Shown here piece after piece: positions 19,829 to 29,592 of a DNA stretch of 64,000 nt. Origin of the DNA: Clostridia bacterium (lineage in GTDB: Bacteria > Bacillota > Clostridia > TANB77 > CAG-508); assembly GCA_017510525.1 (NCBI GenBank), contig JAFWNC010000019.1, forward strand, positions 26,611-90,610. Direction: 5' to 3'. A model generated the notes under the pieces. The model did no database searches, was not told where the DNA came from, and saw only the letters and a list, made by a program, of their open reading frames with translations. Made by a program: the position numbers and the translations under genes. The first letter of the stretch is position 1; the number at the start of each line of letters is the position of its first letter.

Positions 19829-20860
19829 TTGAAGGAAAATATTAAAAATTTTACTTTAGATGAACTTAAAGAAGTTTTTATTTCTCTAGGTGAAAAACCA
19901 TTTAGAGCTGAACAAGTTTTTAAGTGGATACATGTGGAAAATGTGGATTGTTTTGATGAAATGACCAATTTATCGTTAGAACTTAGAGAGAAACTTAAAG
20001 AAAGATACTTATTAAAAAGATTTAAGATAATTAAAAAATTAGAATCTAAAGATGGTACAAAGAAATACTTATTTGATTTATTAGATGGAAATGCTATTGA
20101 AACAGTTTTAATGGAATATAAATTTGGATATTCAATTTGTGTTTCTTCTCAAATAGGTTGTAAAATGGGATGTAAGTTTTGTGCATCAACTGGAATTCCT
20201 TTTATTAGAAGTTTAGAAGCTGGAGAAATTGTTGAACAAATTCTAGCTGTCCAAAAAGAAGAAGGAATAAAGATTTCTAATATTGTTTTTATGGGAATTG
20301 GTGAACCTCTTGACAATTATGATAATGTTATAAAGGCAATAAGAATTATTAATCATCCAAAAGGATTAAATATTGGAGCTAGACATATTAGTGTATCAAC
20401 TAGTGGGCTTGTTCCTAATATTTATAGATTAGCTGAGGAGAAAATTCAATGTACATTATCTGTTTCACTTCATAGTAGTAATAATGAAAAAAGAAGTGAG
20501 ATGATGCCTGTTAATAAGGGATATCCAATTGAAGTTTTAATTAAAGCTTGTAAAGATTATATAAAAGCTACTAATAGACGTATTTCTTTTGAATATGCAT
20601 TAGCTAAAGATAATAATGACAACTTAGAAGATGCAAAAGAGTTAGTAAAGCTTTTAAAAGGAATGCTTTGCCATGTTAATTTAATACCAATAAACCCAAT
20701 TGAAAAGGGAAAATATACAAAAAGTACAAATGATAATATTATTAAGTTTAGAGATTATTTAAATGATAATGGAATTGTTGCAACGATTAGAAGAGAATTA
20801 GGCTCTGATATAGATGCAGCATGTGGACAACTAAGAAGACAGAATTTGGAGGAAAAATAA
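19829..20860 (+). CDS. rlmN: 23S rRNA/tRNA adenine-C2 methyltransferase (radical SAM)
   Basis: CKMGCKFCASTG is the radical-SAM motif. The N-terminus ...GEKPFRAEQVFKW... fits RlmN. TTG start with RBS ggagg. Confidence 0.85.
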   Translation: MKENIKNFTLDELKEVFISLGEKPFRAEQVFKWIHVENVDCFDEMTNLSLELREKLKERYLLKRFKIIKKLESKDGTKKYLFDLLDGNAIETVLMEYKFGYSICVSSQIGCKMGCKFCASTGIPFIRSLEAGEIVEQILAVQKEEGIKISNIVFMGIGEPLDNYDNVIKAIRIINHPKGLNIGARHISVSTSGLVPNIYRLAEEKIQCTLSVSLHSSNNEKRSEMMPVNKGYPIEVLIKACKDYIKATNRRISFEYALAKDNNDNLEDAKELVKLLKGMLCHVNLIPINPIEKGKYTKSTNDNIIKFRDYLNDNGIVATIRRELGSDIDAACGQLRRQNLEEK

Positions 20861-20861
20861 G

Positions 20862-21596
20862 ATGAGGGTTTACGCTAAATCAGATATTGGAAAGGTTCGA
20901 AGTATGAACCAGGACAGTTTTTCAATACCTGTTGATAATGTTGAACTTAAATTGTATATTCTTGCAGATGGTATGGGCGGATACAAAGGCGGAGAAATTG
21001 CAAGCCGTGTCGCGGTTACAGCAACTGAGAAATACATCAAAGAAAAGTTTTATCTTTTAGAAAAAAGAGATAAAAAGTCAATTATGAAAGTAATTGAAGA
21101 TGCGATAGAATTTGCAAATACTGCTATTTATGAAGAATCTGAACAAGATGAAGAATTGCAAGATATGGGAACAACTATTGAAGTATGTTTGATATATAAA
21201 AATAAGGTATATATAGGACATATTGGTGATAGTAGAATATATCAAATACGAAATAATATAATGGAAAGAGTAACAACTGATCATAGCTATGTTGAAAAAC
21301 TGGTTAGAGATGGAGAGATAACTAGGGAAGAGTCATATACTCATCCAAAGAAAAATCTACTTATAAAGGCTTTAGGAACTGATGAAAAAGCCGAGCCTGA
21401 TTTATTAGATATTTCAATTCAGAAAGATGATGTTTTATTAATTTGCTCTGATGGACTTACAAATATGATAAGAGAAGATAGAATATTAGAAATTGTAAGT
21501 GAAAATGTTGAAACAGCAATAGATAATCTAATAGAAGAAGCAAATAAAAATGGCGGTTTAGATAATATAACTGTAATAATCATTAGTAATAAATAA
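20862..21596 (+). CDS. prpC: PP2C-family Ser/Thr phosphatase (PrpC/Stp)
   Basis: LADGMGG, DGLTN and GGLDNITV motifs. It lies immediately upstream of a PASTA kinase. Confidence 0.85.
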   Translation: MRVYAKSDIGKVRSMNQDSFSIPVDNVELKLYILADGMGGYKGGEIASRVAVTATEKYIKEKFYLLEKRDKKSIMKVIEDAIEFANTAIYEESEQDEELQDMGTTIEVCLIYKNKVYIGHIGDSRIYQIRNNIMERVTTDHSYVEKLVRDGEITREESYTHPKKNLLIKALGTDEKAEPDLLDISIQKDDVLLICSDGLTNMIREDRILEIVSENVETAIDNLIEEANKNGGLDNITVIIISNK

Positions 21597-21616
21597 AAAT
21601 GAGGGAGAATAGAGAT

Positions 21617-23638
21617 ATGAATTTGATAGGCAAGATGCTTGCAAATAGATATGAAATTTTAGAGAAAATTGGAAATGGTGGTATGGCTACTGTTTACAGG
21701 GCTAAATGCCATGTTTTAAACAGATATGTAGCTATTAAAATTTTAAAAGATGAGTTTATAACTGATAATGAATTTATTAAAAGATTTAAAACTGAGGCTC
21801 AATCAGCTGCAAGTCTTACACATCCTAATATTGTTTCTATATATGATGTAGGAAATGAAGGAGATATTTACTATATAGTAATGGAACTAATTCAAGGAAA
21901 GACATTAAAGGAAATAATTGTTGAAGATGGAAAACTATCTTGGAAATGGTCTGTAAATATAGCTATTCAAATTGCCTCAGCATTAGAGATGGCTCATAAA
22001 AACAATATCATACATAGAGATATTAAGCCACATAATATAATAATTACAGAAGATGGAATGGCTAAAGTAACTGATTTTGGTATTGCTAAGGCTGTTTCTA
22101 ATTCTACAATAACAGCATTTGGAACAACAATTGGTTCAGTACATTATTTTTCACCAGAACATGCTAAAGGTGGATTTACAGATGCAAAATCTGATATTTA
22201 TTCTTTAGGTGTAGTTATGTATGAAATGCTAACTGGTAGAGTTCCGTTTGATGCTGATACCCCTGTTTCAGTTGCATTAATGCAAGTTCAAGAAGAACCT
22301 ATTGAACCGAAAAAACTTAATCCACAAATACCTGTTAGTGTAAATAAAATAATATTAAAAGCTATGCAAAAAGATCCTGATGATAGATATCAAAATGCTA
22401 CAGATATGTTAATTGATTTGAGTACTTCATTAAAAAGACCTAATGATGATTTCGTTCATATTAATAAGGAATATGATGGTGTTGATACTCAAAAGCTTTC
22501 AACATTATATGATTTAGATTCAAAAACAAGAGATGATGAAGAAGATGATGATGACGATTATGTTCCTAAAAGAAGTCCTAAGAAGAAAAAGAGAAGAGGC
22601 CTAATCGGATTTTTCAAAAACCATGTTATTATTTCTGTATTTCTTTTAGGAATATTAGTTTTTGGAACAGCACTTGGTGGAACAGTATTGTTTATGAATG
22701 CTACTAAAGATGTTGAGATTCAAATCCCTAATTTAGTTACTAATGAAAAAGGTGAAAAACTTACAGAGGACGAAGCTAAGAAAATATATAAAGATAGCGG
22801 ATTTAAGAAAGACTTAAAAGTTGAATATGTTGTTGATGAAAAGGTTGAAGTTGGAAAAGTAATAAAACAAGAGCCTAAATATCAGAAAAATTATAAAGTA
22901 AAAGAAGATGAGCAATTCACTATTTATGTAAGCAAAGAAAAAGATGTTGTAAAGGCTAAAATGATTGATGTTGTTGGAAAAGAGAAAACTGAAGCTGAAA
23001 AACTATTGAGAGAAGCTGGATTTAAGAAGTTTAAATTTGAAGAAGAAAATAGTGAGACTTTAAAAGAAGGTTTAGTTACAAAACAAAGTGTTGAAAAAGA
23101 CCAAGAAATAGATGTTGAATCTGAAATTACTATTACAGTAAGTAAGGGTACAAGTAAAATAAAAGTACCTAGTGTTATAGGAAGTACAGAAGAAGAAGCG
23201 AAAGTTGTATTAGAGACTGCTGGATTTGAAGTAGAAATTGAATATGGCGAGAATTCATCTGAAACAGATGGTAAGGTTATAAAACAAAGTGTAAGTGCAA
23301 GTGATATGGCTGAAGAAGGCGAGACAATTGTAATTACTGTTAATAAAATTGAAAAAACAAAGTCTGTTTCGGTTACTATAGATTTATCTAAGTATATGCA
23401 AGAAAGTGAGCATTCTTCTGATACTGATGAAAAAGAAACATCTAAGAAAAAATCAACTGTATCTTTAAAAGTTGGAGATGAACCACCATATGGAGGAGAT
23501 TCATATAGTGCAACAGATAAACCAACAATAACAATTTATGGTAAAGGTAATAGTACAGTTGCATTAATGATTGATGGAAATATTAAAGAAAAGAAAGATA
23601 TAAACTTTAATACTCAAACAACTTTAGCTTTTCCATAA
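21617..23638 (+). CDS. prkC: Ser/Thr protein kinase with PASTA repeats (PrkC)
   Basis: GNGGMATVY, HRDIKPHN and DFGIAK are Hanks kinase motifs. A TM segment follows. The extracellular PASTA-like repeats carry ...VGK.. E.A...L...GF motifs. Confidence 0.85.
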   Translation: MNLIGKMLANRYEILEKIGNGGMATVYRAKCHVLNRYVAIKILKDEFITDNEFIKRFKTEAQSAASLTHPNIVSIYDVGNEGDIYYIVMELIQGKTLKEIIVEDGKLSWKWSVNIAIQIASALEMAHKNNIIHRDIKPHNIIITEDGMAKVTDFGIAKAVSNSTITAFGTTIGSVHYFSPEHAKGGFTDAKSDIYSLGVVMYEMLTGRVPFDADTPVSVALMQVQEEPIEPKKLNPQIPVSVNKIILKAMQKDPDDRYQNATDMLIDLSTSLKRPNDDFVHINKEYDGVDTQKLSTLYDLDSKTRDDEEDDDDDYVPKRSPKKKKRRGLIGFFKNHVIISVFLLGILVFGTALGGTVLFMNATKDVEIQIPNLVTNEKGEKLTEDEAKKIYKDSGFKKDLKVEYVVDEKVEVGKVIKQEPKYQKNYKVKEDEQFTIYVSKEKDVVKAKMIDVVGKEKTEAEKLLREAGFKKFKFEEENSETLKEGLVTKQSVEKDQEIDVESEITITVSKGTSKIKVPSVIGSTEEEAKVVLETAGFEVEIEYGENSSETDGKVIKQSVSASDMAEEGETIVITVNKIEKTKSVSVTIDLSKYMQESEHSSDTDEKETSKKKSTVSLKVGDEPPYGGDSYSATDKPTITIYGKGNSTVALMIDGNIKEKKDINFNTQTTLAFP

Positions 23639-23683
23639 TATGATTAAAAAATAGTTTCTTGTCAATACAGTTTAAATAAATAT

Positions 23684-23706
23684 CGTAGAGGAGCACAGTG
23701 TGCTCC
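23684..23706. repeat. REP-like element, family B in inverse orientation (GTAG, then ggagcacagtgtgctcc)
   Basis: Seen directly. Confidence 0.65.
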
Positions 23707-23734
23707 ATTTCTTTAATTAAGTGAGGATAAAAAT

Positions 23735-24394
23735 ATGGTTGAGATTTCATGTTCAGTTTTAGATGTTGAAGAGGAAAATTCTGTTAAAACTTTTTATAAT
23801 CTAGAAACTGCAAAAATAGATTATTTCCATATTGATGTTATGGATGGAAAATTTGTTAAAAAAAATACATCTAAAAAAATGAGAGATTATGCTTTGAAAA
23901 TATCTCATATTTCAAATATTCCATTAGATGTTCATCTAATGTGTAGTGATGTTAGAAAATACATTGATGATTATATTGATTTAAAACCTGATAGAATAAC
24001 TTTTCATATTGAAGCGGTTTCAGACAAAGAAGAAGCAATTGAATTAATAAAATACTTACAACAAAATGAAATTAAGGCATGTATGGCAATTAAGCCAGGT
24101 ACAGAGCTAGAAAATATTTATGAAATTTTACCTTATTTACATATGGTTTTAGTAATGACAGTTGAGCCAGGACTAGGTGGACAAAAAATTATTCCAGAAA
24201 TGATCGATAGAGTAAAGGTATTAAAAAAGTATTGTGATGAAAAATCATTAGATATCGATATTGAAGTTGATGGTGGAGTAAATGATATTAATTCAACTGA
24301 ACTTGCTAATAATGGAGCTAATATAATAGTTTCTGGAAATTATATTATTAATTCTGAAAATTATAATGAAAGTGTAAAAAAATTAAAAAGCTAG
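23735..24394 (+). CDS. rpe: Ribulose-phosphate 3-epimerase
   Basis: SVLDVEE...HIDVMDGKFV...VMTVEPGLGGQK are the family motifs. Gene order is rlmN-prpC-prkC-rpe. Confidence 0.8.
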   Translation: MVEISCSVLDVEEENSVKTFYNLETAKIDYFHIDVMDGKFVKKNTSKKMRDYALKISHISNIPLDVHLMCSDVRKYIDDYIDLKPDRITFHIEAVSDKEEAIELIKYLQQNEIKACMAIKPGTELENIYEILPYLHMVLVMTVEPGLGGQKIIPEMIDRVKVLKKYCDEKSLDIDIEVDGGVNDINSTELANNGANIIVSGNYIINSENYNESVKKLKS

Positions 24395-24418
24395 AATAGA
24401 AAATATGAAAAGAAGAAC

Positions 24419-24530
24419 TTTTGGGGACGCGCACCGAATGGAAATGGGGACGGTTCTCTTTTCCAAGAAAAACTTGGAAAAGAGAACCGTCCCCATTTCC
24501 ACCCATTTCCATTCGGTGCGCGTCCCCAAA
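24419..24530. repeat. 112-nt GC-rich near-perfect palindrome (MITE-like). The right arm carries a 10-nt insertion acccatttcc.
   Basis: The left arm is ggggacgcgcaccgaatggaaatggggacggttctcttttccaag. The centre is aaaaa. The right arm is the reverse complement plus the 10-nt insertion. Confidence 0.8.
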
Positions 24531-24537
24531 AGTTTCT

Positions 24538-25173
24538 TTAAATCTTAGAATAATATTCACAATATTTTTGAATAGGGCAGGTTTCACATTTTGGAGAACG
24601 AGCTATACAAGTATTTCTTCCGTGATAAACAAATAAATGATTAACATCTTTTAAATATTCTTTAGGAATTTGTTTCAATAAATCTTGTTCAATCTTTTCA
24701 GGATCAGAATTTGAAGATAATCCTAATCTATTCGATAATCTTTTTGCATGTGTATCTACCGCAATTCCTTGAGGTTTGTTAAAAGCATCAAGCATTATTA
24801 CATTTGCACTTTTTCGTCCTATTCCAGCAAGAGTTACAAGGTCATCCATATTTTCAGGAACTTCAGAATTGTATATTTCAACTAATCTTTTAGAACATTC
24901 TATTATATTTTTAGCTTTGTTTTTATAAAATCCACAAGGACGAATTATTTTTTCTAATTCTTTTATATCAATCTGTGATAATTTTTCAGGAGTATCATAT
25001 ACTTTAAAAAGAGAAGGAGTAGTTTTGTTTACTCTTTCATCTGTGCACTGAGCTGATAGCATTACTGCTATTGTTAATTCAAAGGGAGTTCTAAAATCAA
25101 GGCTACATTTAGCTTCAGGGTAATAATCTTTTAATATTTTTATTATTTCTATTACTTCATTTTTGGCTTTCAT
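24538..25173 (-). CDS. nth: Endonuclease III
   Basis: The HhH-GPD motif is LVTLAGIGRKSANVI. The C-terminal 4Fe-4S cluster is C..C.PIQK.C. The start is MKAKNEVIEI with RBS aaggaa. The ORF-track start at 25206 is less likely. Confidence 0.85.
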   Translation of the reverse strand: MKAKNEVIEIIKILKDYYPEAKCSLDFRTPFELTIAVMLSAQCTDERVNKTTPSLFKVYDTPEKLSQIDIKELEKIIRPCGFYKNKAKNIIECSKRLVEIYNSEVPENMDDLVTLAGIGRKSANVIMLDAFNKPQGIAVDTHAKRLSNRLGLSSNSDPEKIEQDLLKQIPKEYLKDVNHLFVYHGRNTCIARSPKCETCPIQKYCEYYSKI

Positions 25174-25251
25174 ATTTTTACATTCCTTTATAAAAATTAT
25201 TAACACTATTATACAACAAATAATATAATATATAAAGATAGGGGGAAGTAT

Positions 25252-25401
25252 TATGCTTAGATTATTTAAAAAAACTATTGCTGTTTGTTTAATTGGATTT
25301 GGACTTGGAACAATAATGGTATTATTACTTCCTGTAACTTGGTGGCTATTTATTACAGGAGTTGTTATTATAGCAGTTGGTTTAATATGGCTGTCTTGTT
25401 A
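25252..25401 (+). CDS. Small two-TM membrane peptide (49 aa)
   Basis: RBS ggggga precedes it. The product is hydrophobic: MLRLFKKTIAVCLIGFGLGTIMVLLLPVTWWLFITGVVIIAVGLIWLSC. Confidence 0.35.
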
Positions 25402-25415
25402 AATGGAAAGAGGTG

Positions 25416-25496
25416 TGAAAATGAAAGTTGTTGTTAAGAAAGCTCCTAGATTTTTAAGAGGGTTTATGAAGCTGATTTTTGGAATAAAAGATACAT
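25416..25496 (+). CDS. Tiny basic peptide (26 aa) coupled to the upstream small ORF
   Basis: RBS gaaagaggtg precedes MKVVVKKAPRFLRGFMKLIFGIKDT. A terminator follows. Confidence 0.2.
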
Positions 25497-25504
25497 AAAA
25501 AAGA

Positions 25505-25545
25505 AAAAATAGACTTTGGTTTTCCAAAGTCTATTTTCTTTTATT
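25505..25545. terminator. Bidirectional rho-independent terminator between the small ORFs (+) and rpmB (-)
   Basis: aatagactttggttttccaaagtctatt is a hairpin flanked by A-runs on one side and T-runs on the other. Confidence 0.55.
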
Positions 25546-25554
25546 TTACTTTAA

Positions 25555-25752
25555 TTAAGCTCTTGTAACTTTTCCAGAACGTAGGCATTTAGCGCATACT
25601 TTTATTCTTTTTGGTTGTCCATCAACGATTGCTTTAACAGTTCTTAAGTTTGCTTGCCATGTTCTAGTACTTCTTTTACTAATGTGTGAACGAGTTATAC
25701 TTAATTGGTTTCCAAAGTTTACATTTTTATCACATACTGCACATTTAGCCAT
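25555..25752 (-). CDS. rpmB: 50S ribosomal protein L28
   Basis: MAKCAVCDKN...GNQLSITRSH...RTWQANL... Confidence 0.9.
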   Translation of the reverse strand: MAKCAVCDKNVNFGNQLSITRSHISKRSTRTWQANLRTVKAIVDGQPKRIKVCAKCLRSGKVTRA

Positions 25753-25929
25753 TTATACGCACCTCCATTTATTATTAATAAACTGACTATCATCAAGTTT
25801 AACACAGAATGTGAAAAAAAACAAGTGATTTGAAGAAAAAAATTAAAAAAATAATTTAATACAGTTTGACAAATTTGTGTTTATATGGTATTTTTTTATC
25901 ATTCAAGGATGACAAAAGGGGGAATTATT

Positions 25930-27315
25930 ATGTCAGAACTTACTATGGAAAAAATCGTGAATTTATGTAAGAATAGGGGATATATTTACCCAGGCTCTGA
26001 GATTTATGGAGGTTTAGCAAATAGTTGGGATTATGGCCCTTTAGGTTCAGAACTTAAGAATAATGTTAAAAAAGCTTGGATGAAGAAGTTCATTCAAGAA
26101 AATAAATATAATGTTGGTTTAGATGCTGCAATTTTAATGAATCCTGAAACTTGGGTTGCAACAGGACATGTTGGTGGTTTTTCTGATCCACTTATTGATT
26201 GTAAAGAATGTAAAACTAGACATAGAGCTGATAAACTTATTGAAGAATGGGCAACAGCAAATGGAAAAGATTTAATTGCTGATGGCTGGTCAGATGAAGA
26301 AATGGTTTCTTTTATAAATGATAATAATATTGTTTGTCCTGAGTGTGGAAAGCTTAATTTTACTGAAATTAGAAAATTCAATTTGATGTTTAAAACTTTT
26401 CAAGGTGTTACTGAAGATTCAAAAGCTGAAATTTATTTAAGACCTGAAACTGCTCAAGGTATTTTTGTTAATTTTAAAAATGTTTTAAGAACTACAAGAA
26501 AGAAAATGCCTATGGGTGTTGGACAAATAGGTAAGGCTTTTAGAAATGAGATTACACCAGGTAATTTTACATTTAGAACTCGTGAATTTGAACAAATGGA
26601 ACTTGAGTTTTTCTGTAAGCCAGGTACAGATTTAGAGTGGTTTTCATATTGGAAGGATTATTGTAAGAATTTCTTAATTTCACTTGGTATGAAAGAAGAG
26701 AATATTAGACTTCGTGACCACAGTCCAGAGGAGCTTGTTTTTTATAGTAAAGCTACTACTGATATTGAATTTAAGTTTCCATTTGGATGGGGAGAATTAT
26801 GGGGAATTGCTGACAGAACTGATTATGATTTAAACCGTCATATGGATCATTCTGGACAAGATTTATCTTATATGGATCCTGAAACTAACGAGAAATATGT
26901 TCCTTATGTAATTGAGCCATCATTAGGTTGTGATAGAGTTGCTCTTTCATTTTTGTGTAATAGTTATGAAGAAGAAGAGATTGCTGAGGGAGATACAAGA
27001 ATTGTTCTTCACCTTCATCCAGCATTAGCACCTTTTAAGGTTGCAGTTTTACCACTTTCTAAAAAGCTAAGTGAAAAAGCAAATGAAGTTTATGATAGAT
27101 TATCTAAGAATTTCATGTGTGATTATGATGAAGCTGGAAGTATTGGTAAACGTTATAGAAGAGAAGATGAAATTGGAACACCATATTGTGTAACAATTGA
27201 TTTTGATACTTTAGAAGATGAGTCTGTTACTATTCGTGATAGAGATTCTATGGAACAAGTTAGAGTTAAGATTGATGAACTTGAAACTTGGATTGGAGAA
27301 AGAGTTAAATTTTAA
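25930..27315 (+). CDS. glyQS: Glycine--tRNA ligase (class II, alpha2 type)
   Basis: [22 protein letters not shown]..., RPETAQGIF and FRNEITPG are the family motifs. RBS aagggggaa precedes the ATG at 25930. Confidence 0.9.
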   Translation: MSELTMEKIVNLCKNRGYIYPGSEIYGGLANSWDYGPLGSELKNNVKKAWMKKFIQENKYNVGLDAAILMNPETWVATGHVGGFSDPLIDCKECKTRHRADKLIEEWATANGKDLIADGWSDEEMVSFINDNNIVCPECGKLNFTEIRKFNLMFKTFQGVTEDSKAEIYLRPETAQGIFVNFKNVLRTTRKKMPMGVGQIGKAFRNEITPGNFTFRTREFEQMELEFFCKPGTDLEWFSYWKDYCKNFLISLGMKEENIRLRDHSPEELVFYSKATTDIEFKFPFGWGELWGIADRTDYDLNRHMDHSGQDLSYMDPETNEKYVPYVIEPSLGCDRVALSFLCNSYEEEEIAEGDTRIVLHLHPALAPFKVAVLPLSKKLSEKANEVYDRLSKNFMCDYDEAGSIGKRYRREDEIGTPYCVTIDFDTLEDESVTIRDRDSMEQVRVKIDELETWIGERVKF

Positions 27316-27316
27316 G

Positions 27317-27344
27317 GCGGACGACCAATGGTCGCCCCTACAAT
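27317..27344. repeat. REP-like element, family A
   Basis: ggcggacgaccaatggtcgcccCTACaat. Confidence 0.7.
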
Positions 27345-27415
27345 ACTTTATTTAATTGGAATTATTTTAAGAATTAAGAATATACATGTAGTAATTTATA
27401 TATGAGGGGGCAGTT

Positions 27416-28630
27416 ATGAACAAAATAAAAATTACTATTTGTATATTCTTAATTTTTTGCTTTTTTGGTTTTAGTATTTCTTATGGAGAATATGTTTCTA
27501 TTCCAACGTGGTCAAGTGGAACAATGGAAACAGCAGCTACTGATGTTAGTGAGGGAAATTTTTTAGGGCTTGAATGTGGCTCTGCTATTTTAATTGAGCA
27601 AAATAGTGGAGAGATTTTATATGAACATAATATTCATGAACAGTTAAGACCTGCTAGTGTTACTAAGGTTATGACAATTTTGCTTATTATGGAAGAGATT
27701 GATAATGGAAATCTAAGTTATGATGATATGATTCCTTGTAGTGAAAGAGCTGCTTCAATGGGTGGTTCACAGATTTGGCTTGATACCACTGAAGAACTTT
27801 CTGTTTCAGATATGTTAAAAGCAATTTGTGTTGTTTCAGCTAATGATTGTACTGTTGCAATGGCTGAACATATTGCAGGTTCTGAAGAGGCGTTTGTTGA
27901 TAGAATGAACCAAAGGGCTAAGGAACTTGGAATGAATGATACAACTTTTAAAAATTGCCATGGAATTGATGAAGATGGTCATGTTACATCAGCCTATGAT
28001 ATTTCTGTTATGTCTAGGGAGTTATTAACCAAACACCCTAAAATTACTGAATATACTACTATTTGGATGGATTCTCTTAGAAATGGAGAGTCTGAACTTG
28101 TTAATACTAATAAACTTATTCGTAATTATTCTGGAGCAACAGGTCTTAAAACAGGCTCAACTTCTTTAGCATTGTTTAATTTATCTGCAAGTGCAACACG
28201 TGATAATATGTCTTTAATTGCAGTAGTTATGAGGGCTCCAAGTACAGCTGTAAGATTTAGTGAAGCCAAAAAATTATTAGATTATGGTTTTAGTAATTAT
28301 GAATATAATGAGTTTTCAAAAGGTGGAGAAAAGTTTTGTAATATTGAGGTTCAGAAAGGAATTGATGCATCTGTAGAGGTGGTTTATGAGAGAGATAGTG
28401 GTAAAATTATAAAAAAGGGAAGCCAGGAGAATATTGAAAAAGAAATTGTTTTAGATGAGAAGATAATGGCTCCAATCGAGAAAGGGCAAAAGGTTGGTGA
28501 GGTTAGATTTTCAATTGGCGAAAATGAAGTAGAAACAGTTAATTTGATTGCCAATAATGAGGTTAAAAAAATTGGCACTTGGAATATGATTACTTTCTTG
28601 TATAAAGAATGGTTTGATTTGATGAGGTAG
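27416..28630 (+). CDS. D-alanyl-D-alanine carboxypeptidase (peptidase S11, DacB/DacF-like)
   Basis: There is a signal peptide. ...RPASVTKVMT... is the SxxK motif. An SGN-like motif and KTGST (the KTG motif) are present. Confidence 0.8.
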   Translation: MNKIKITICIFLIFCFFGFSISYGEYVSIPTWSSGTMETAATDVSEGNFLGLECGSAILIEQNSGEILYEHNIHEQLRPASVTKVMTILLIMEEIDNGNLSYDDMIPCSERAASMGGSQIWLDTTEELSVSDMLKAICVVSANDCTVAMAEHIAGSEEAFVDRMNQRAKELGMNDTTFKNCHGIDEDGHVTSAYDISVMSRELLTKHPKITEYTTIWMDSLRNGESELVNTNKLIRNYSGATGLKTGSTSLALFNLSASATRDNMSLIAVVMRAPSTAVRFSEAKKLLDYGFSNYEYNEFSKGGEKFCNIEVQKGIDASVEVVYERDSGKIIKKGSQENIEKEIVLDEKIMAPIEKGQKVGEVRFSIGENEVETVNLIANNEVKKIGTWNMITFLYKEWFDLMR

Positions 28631-28664
28631 ATTGTTAAATATAGTTCAACAATCTGTAGGAGCG

Positions 28665-28727
28665 GGTTTACATGCCCGCCCGTAAAGTATCTGGTGCAAG
28701 TTTGTAGCGGAGAACTAATGATAATGC
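28665..28727. repeat. REP cluster: GTAG then the gagcgggtttacatgcccgc hairpin, then GTAG then a truncated B hairpin that supplies the dinD-like RBS
   Basis: Seen directly. Confidence 0.6.
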
Positions 28728-29470
28728 TAGAATATAGCAAATGGGGAAATTTTAAAAATGTAATAACTAAAGCAAAAGATGCTTGCATAGGTAGTGACAT
28801 TGCACAAGAAGAACACTTTGCCGACGTCGGGAGGGTGTTAAAAGTTGGAAACAATGCTGAAATGGAAGTAGATGATATAAAGCTAACAAGATATGCATGT
28901 TATCTTATAGCACAAAATGGAGATAGTAGAAAAAAAGCAATAGCATTAGCTCAAACTTATTTTGCAGTTCAAACAAGAAAGCAAGAATTAACAAGACAAG
29001 AATATGAACAACTAAGTGAAGATGAAAAGAGATTATACACTAGAAAAAATGTCAAAGATAAAAATAAATATTTATTTGATACAGCAAAATTAGCAGGTGT
29101 AAAAAATTATGGAAAATTCAATAATTATGGTTATAGGGGATTATATAACGGAGAGACTGCTAAAGATATTGCAGATAGAAAAGGAATTTCAGAAAAAGAA
29201 GATATATTAGATTATATGAGTAGTACAGAACTTGCAGCTAATCTATTTAGAATTACACAAACGGATGAAGTTTTAAAAAATAAAAATATCGATAATGAGG
29301 ATGATGCTTGTAATACTCATCATGATGTGGGACAAGCAGTTAGGCAAACTATAAAAAGAATAGGTGGTACCATGCCTGAAGATTTGCCAACACCAAGTAA
29401 AAGTGCAAAGCAAATTGAAAAAGAGAAAAATAAACAGTTAAATGCAAATGATAAAAAGAGATTAAAATAA
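28718..29470 (+). CDS. dinD: DNA-damage-inducible protein D-like (DinD/Bro-N family)
   Basis: LTRYACYLIAQNGDSRKKAIALAQTYFAVQTRKQEL closely matches E. coli DinD as recalled ([36 protein letters not shown]). The start codon sits inside a REP remnant that provides GGAG. Confidence 0.6.
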   Translation: MIMLEYSKWGNFKNVITKAKDACIGSDIAQEEHFADVGRVLKVGNNAEMEVDDIKLTRYACYLIAQNGDSRKKAIALAQTYFAVQTRKQELTRQEYEQLSEDEKRLYTRKNVKDKNKYLFDTAKLAGVKNYGKFNNYGYRGLYNGETAKDIADRKGISEKEDILDYMSSTELAANLFRITQTDEVLKNKNIDNEDDACNTHHDVGQAVRQTIKRIGGTMPEDLPTPSKSAKQIEKEKNKQLNANDKKRLK

Positions 29471-29592
29471 AAGGACAATATCAAATGCTGAGAAGTCAAC
29501 ATTTGATATTGTCCTTATTGACATTTTGTGATTTTATAGTATAATATTATTGTGTTAATTGTTCGTTTTGAACTGGGAAAGGAGATGTTTTT

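Noticed and set aside
24348-24636. ORFs 24348..24587 (-) and 24421..24636 (+) that span the 112-nt palindrome
   Set aside because: Both are created by the palindrome itself (mirror-image proline/glycine-rich translations). Neither has an RBS. This is a structural repeat, not a gene.
25760-25929. A T-box leader upstream of glyQS
   Set aside because: Only about 170 nt are available. The conserved T-box sequence (AATTAGGGTGGTACCGCG-like) and a specifier loop are absent. I call only a plausible promoter.
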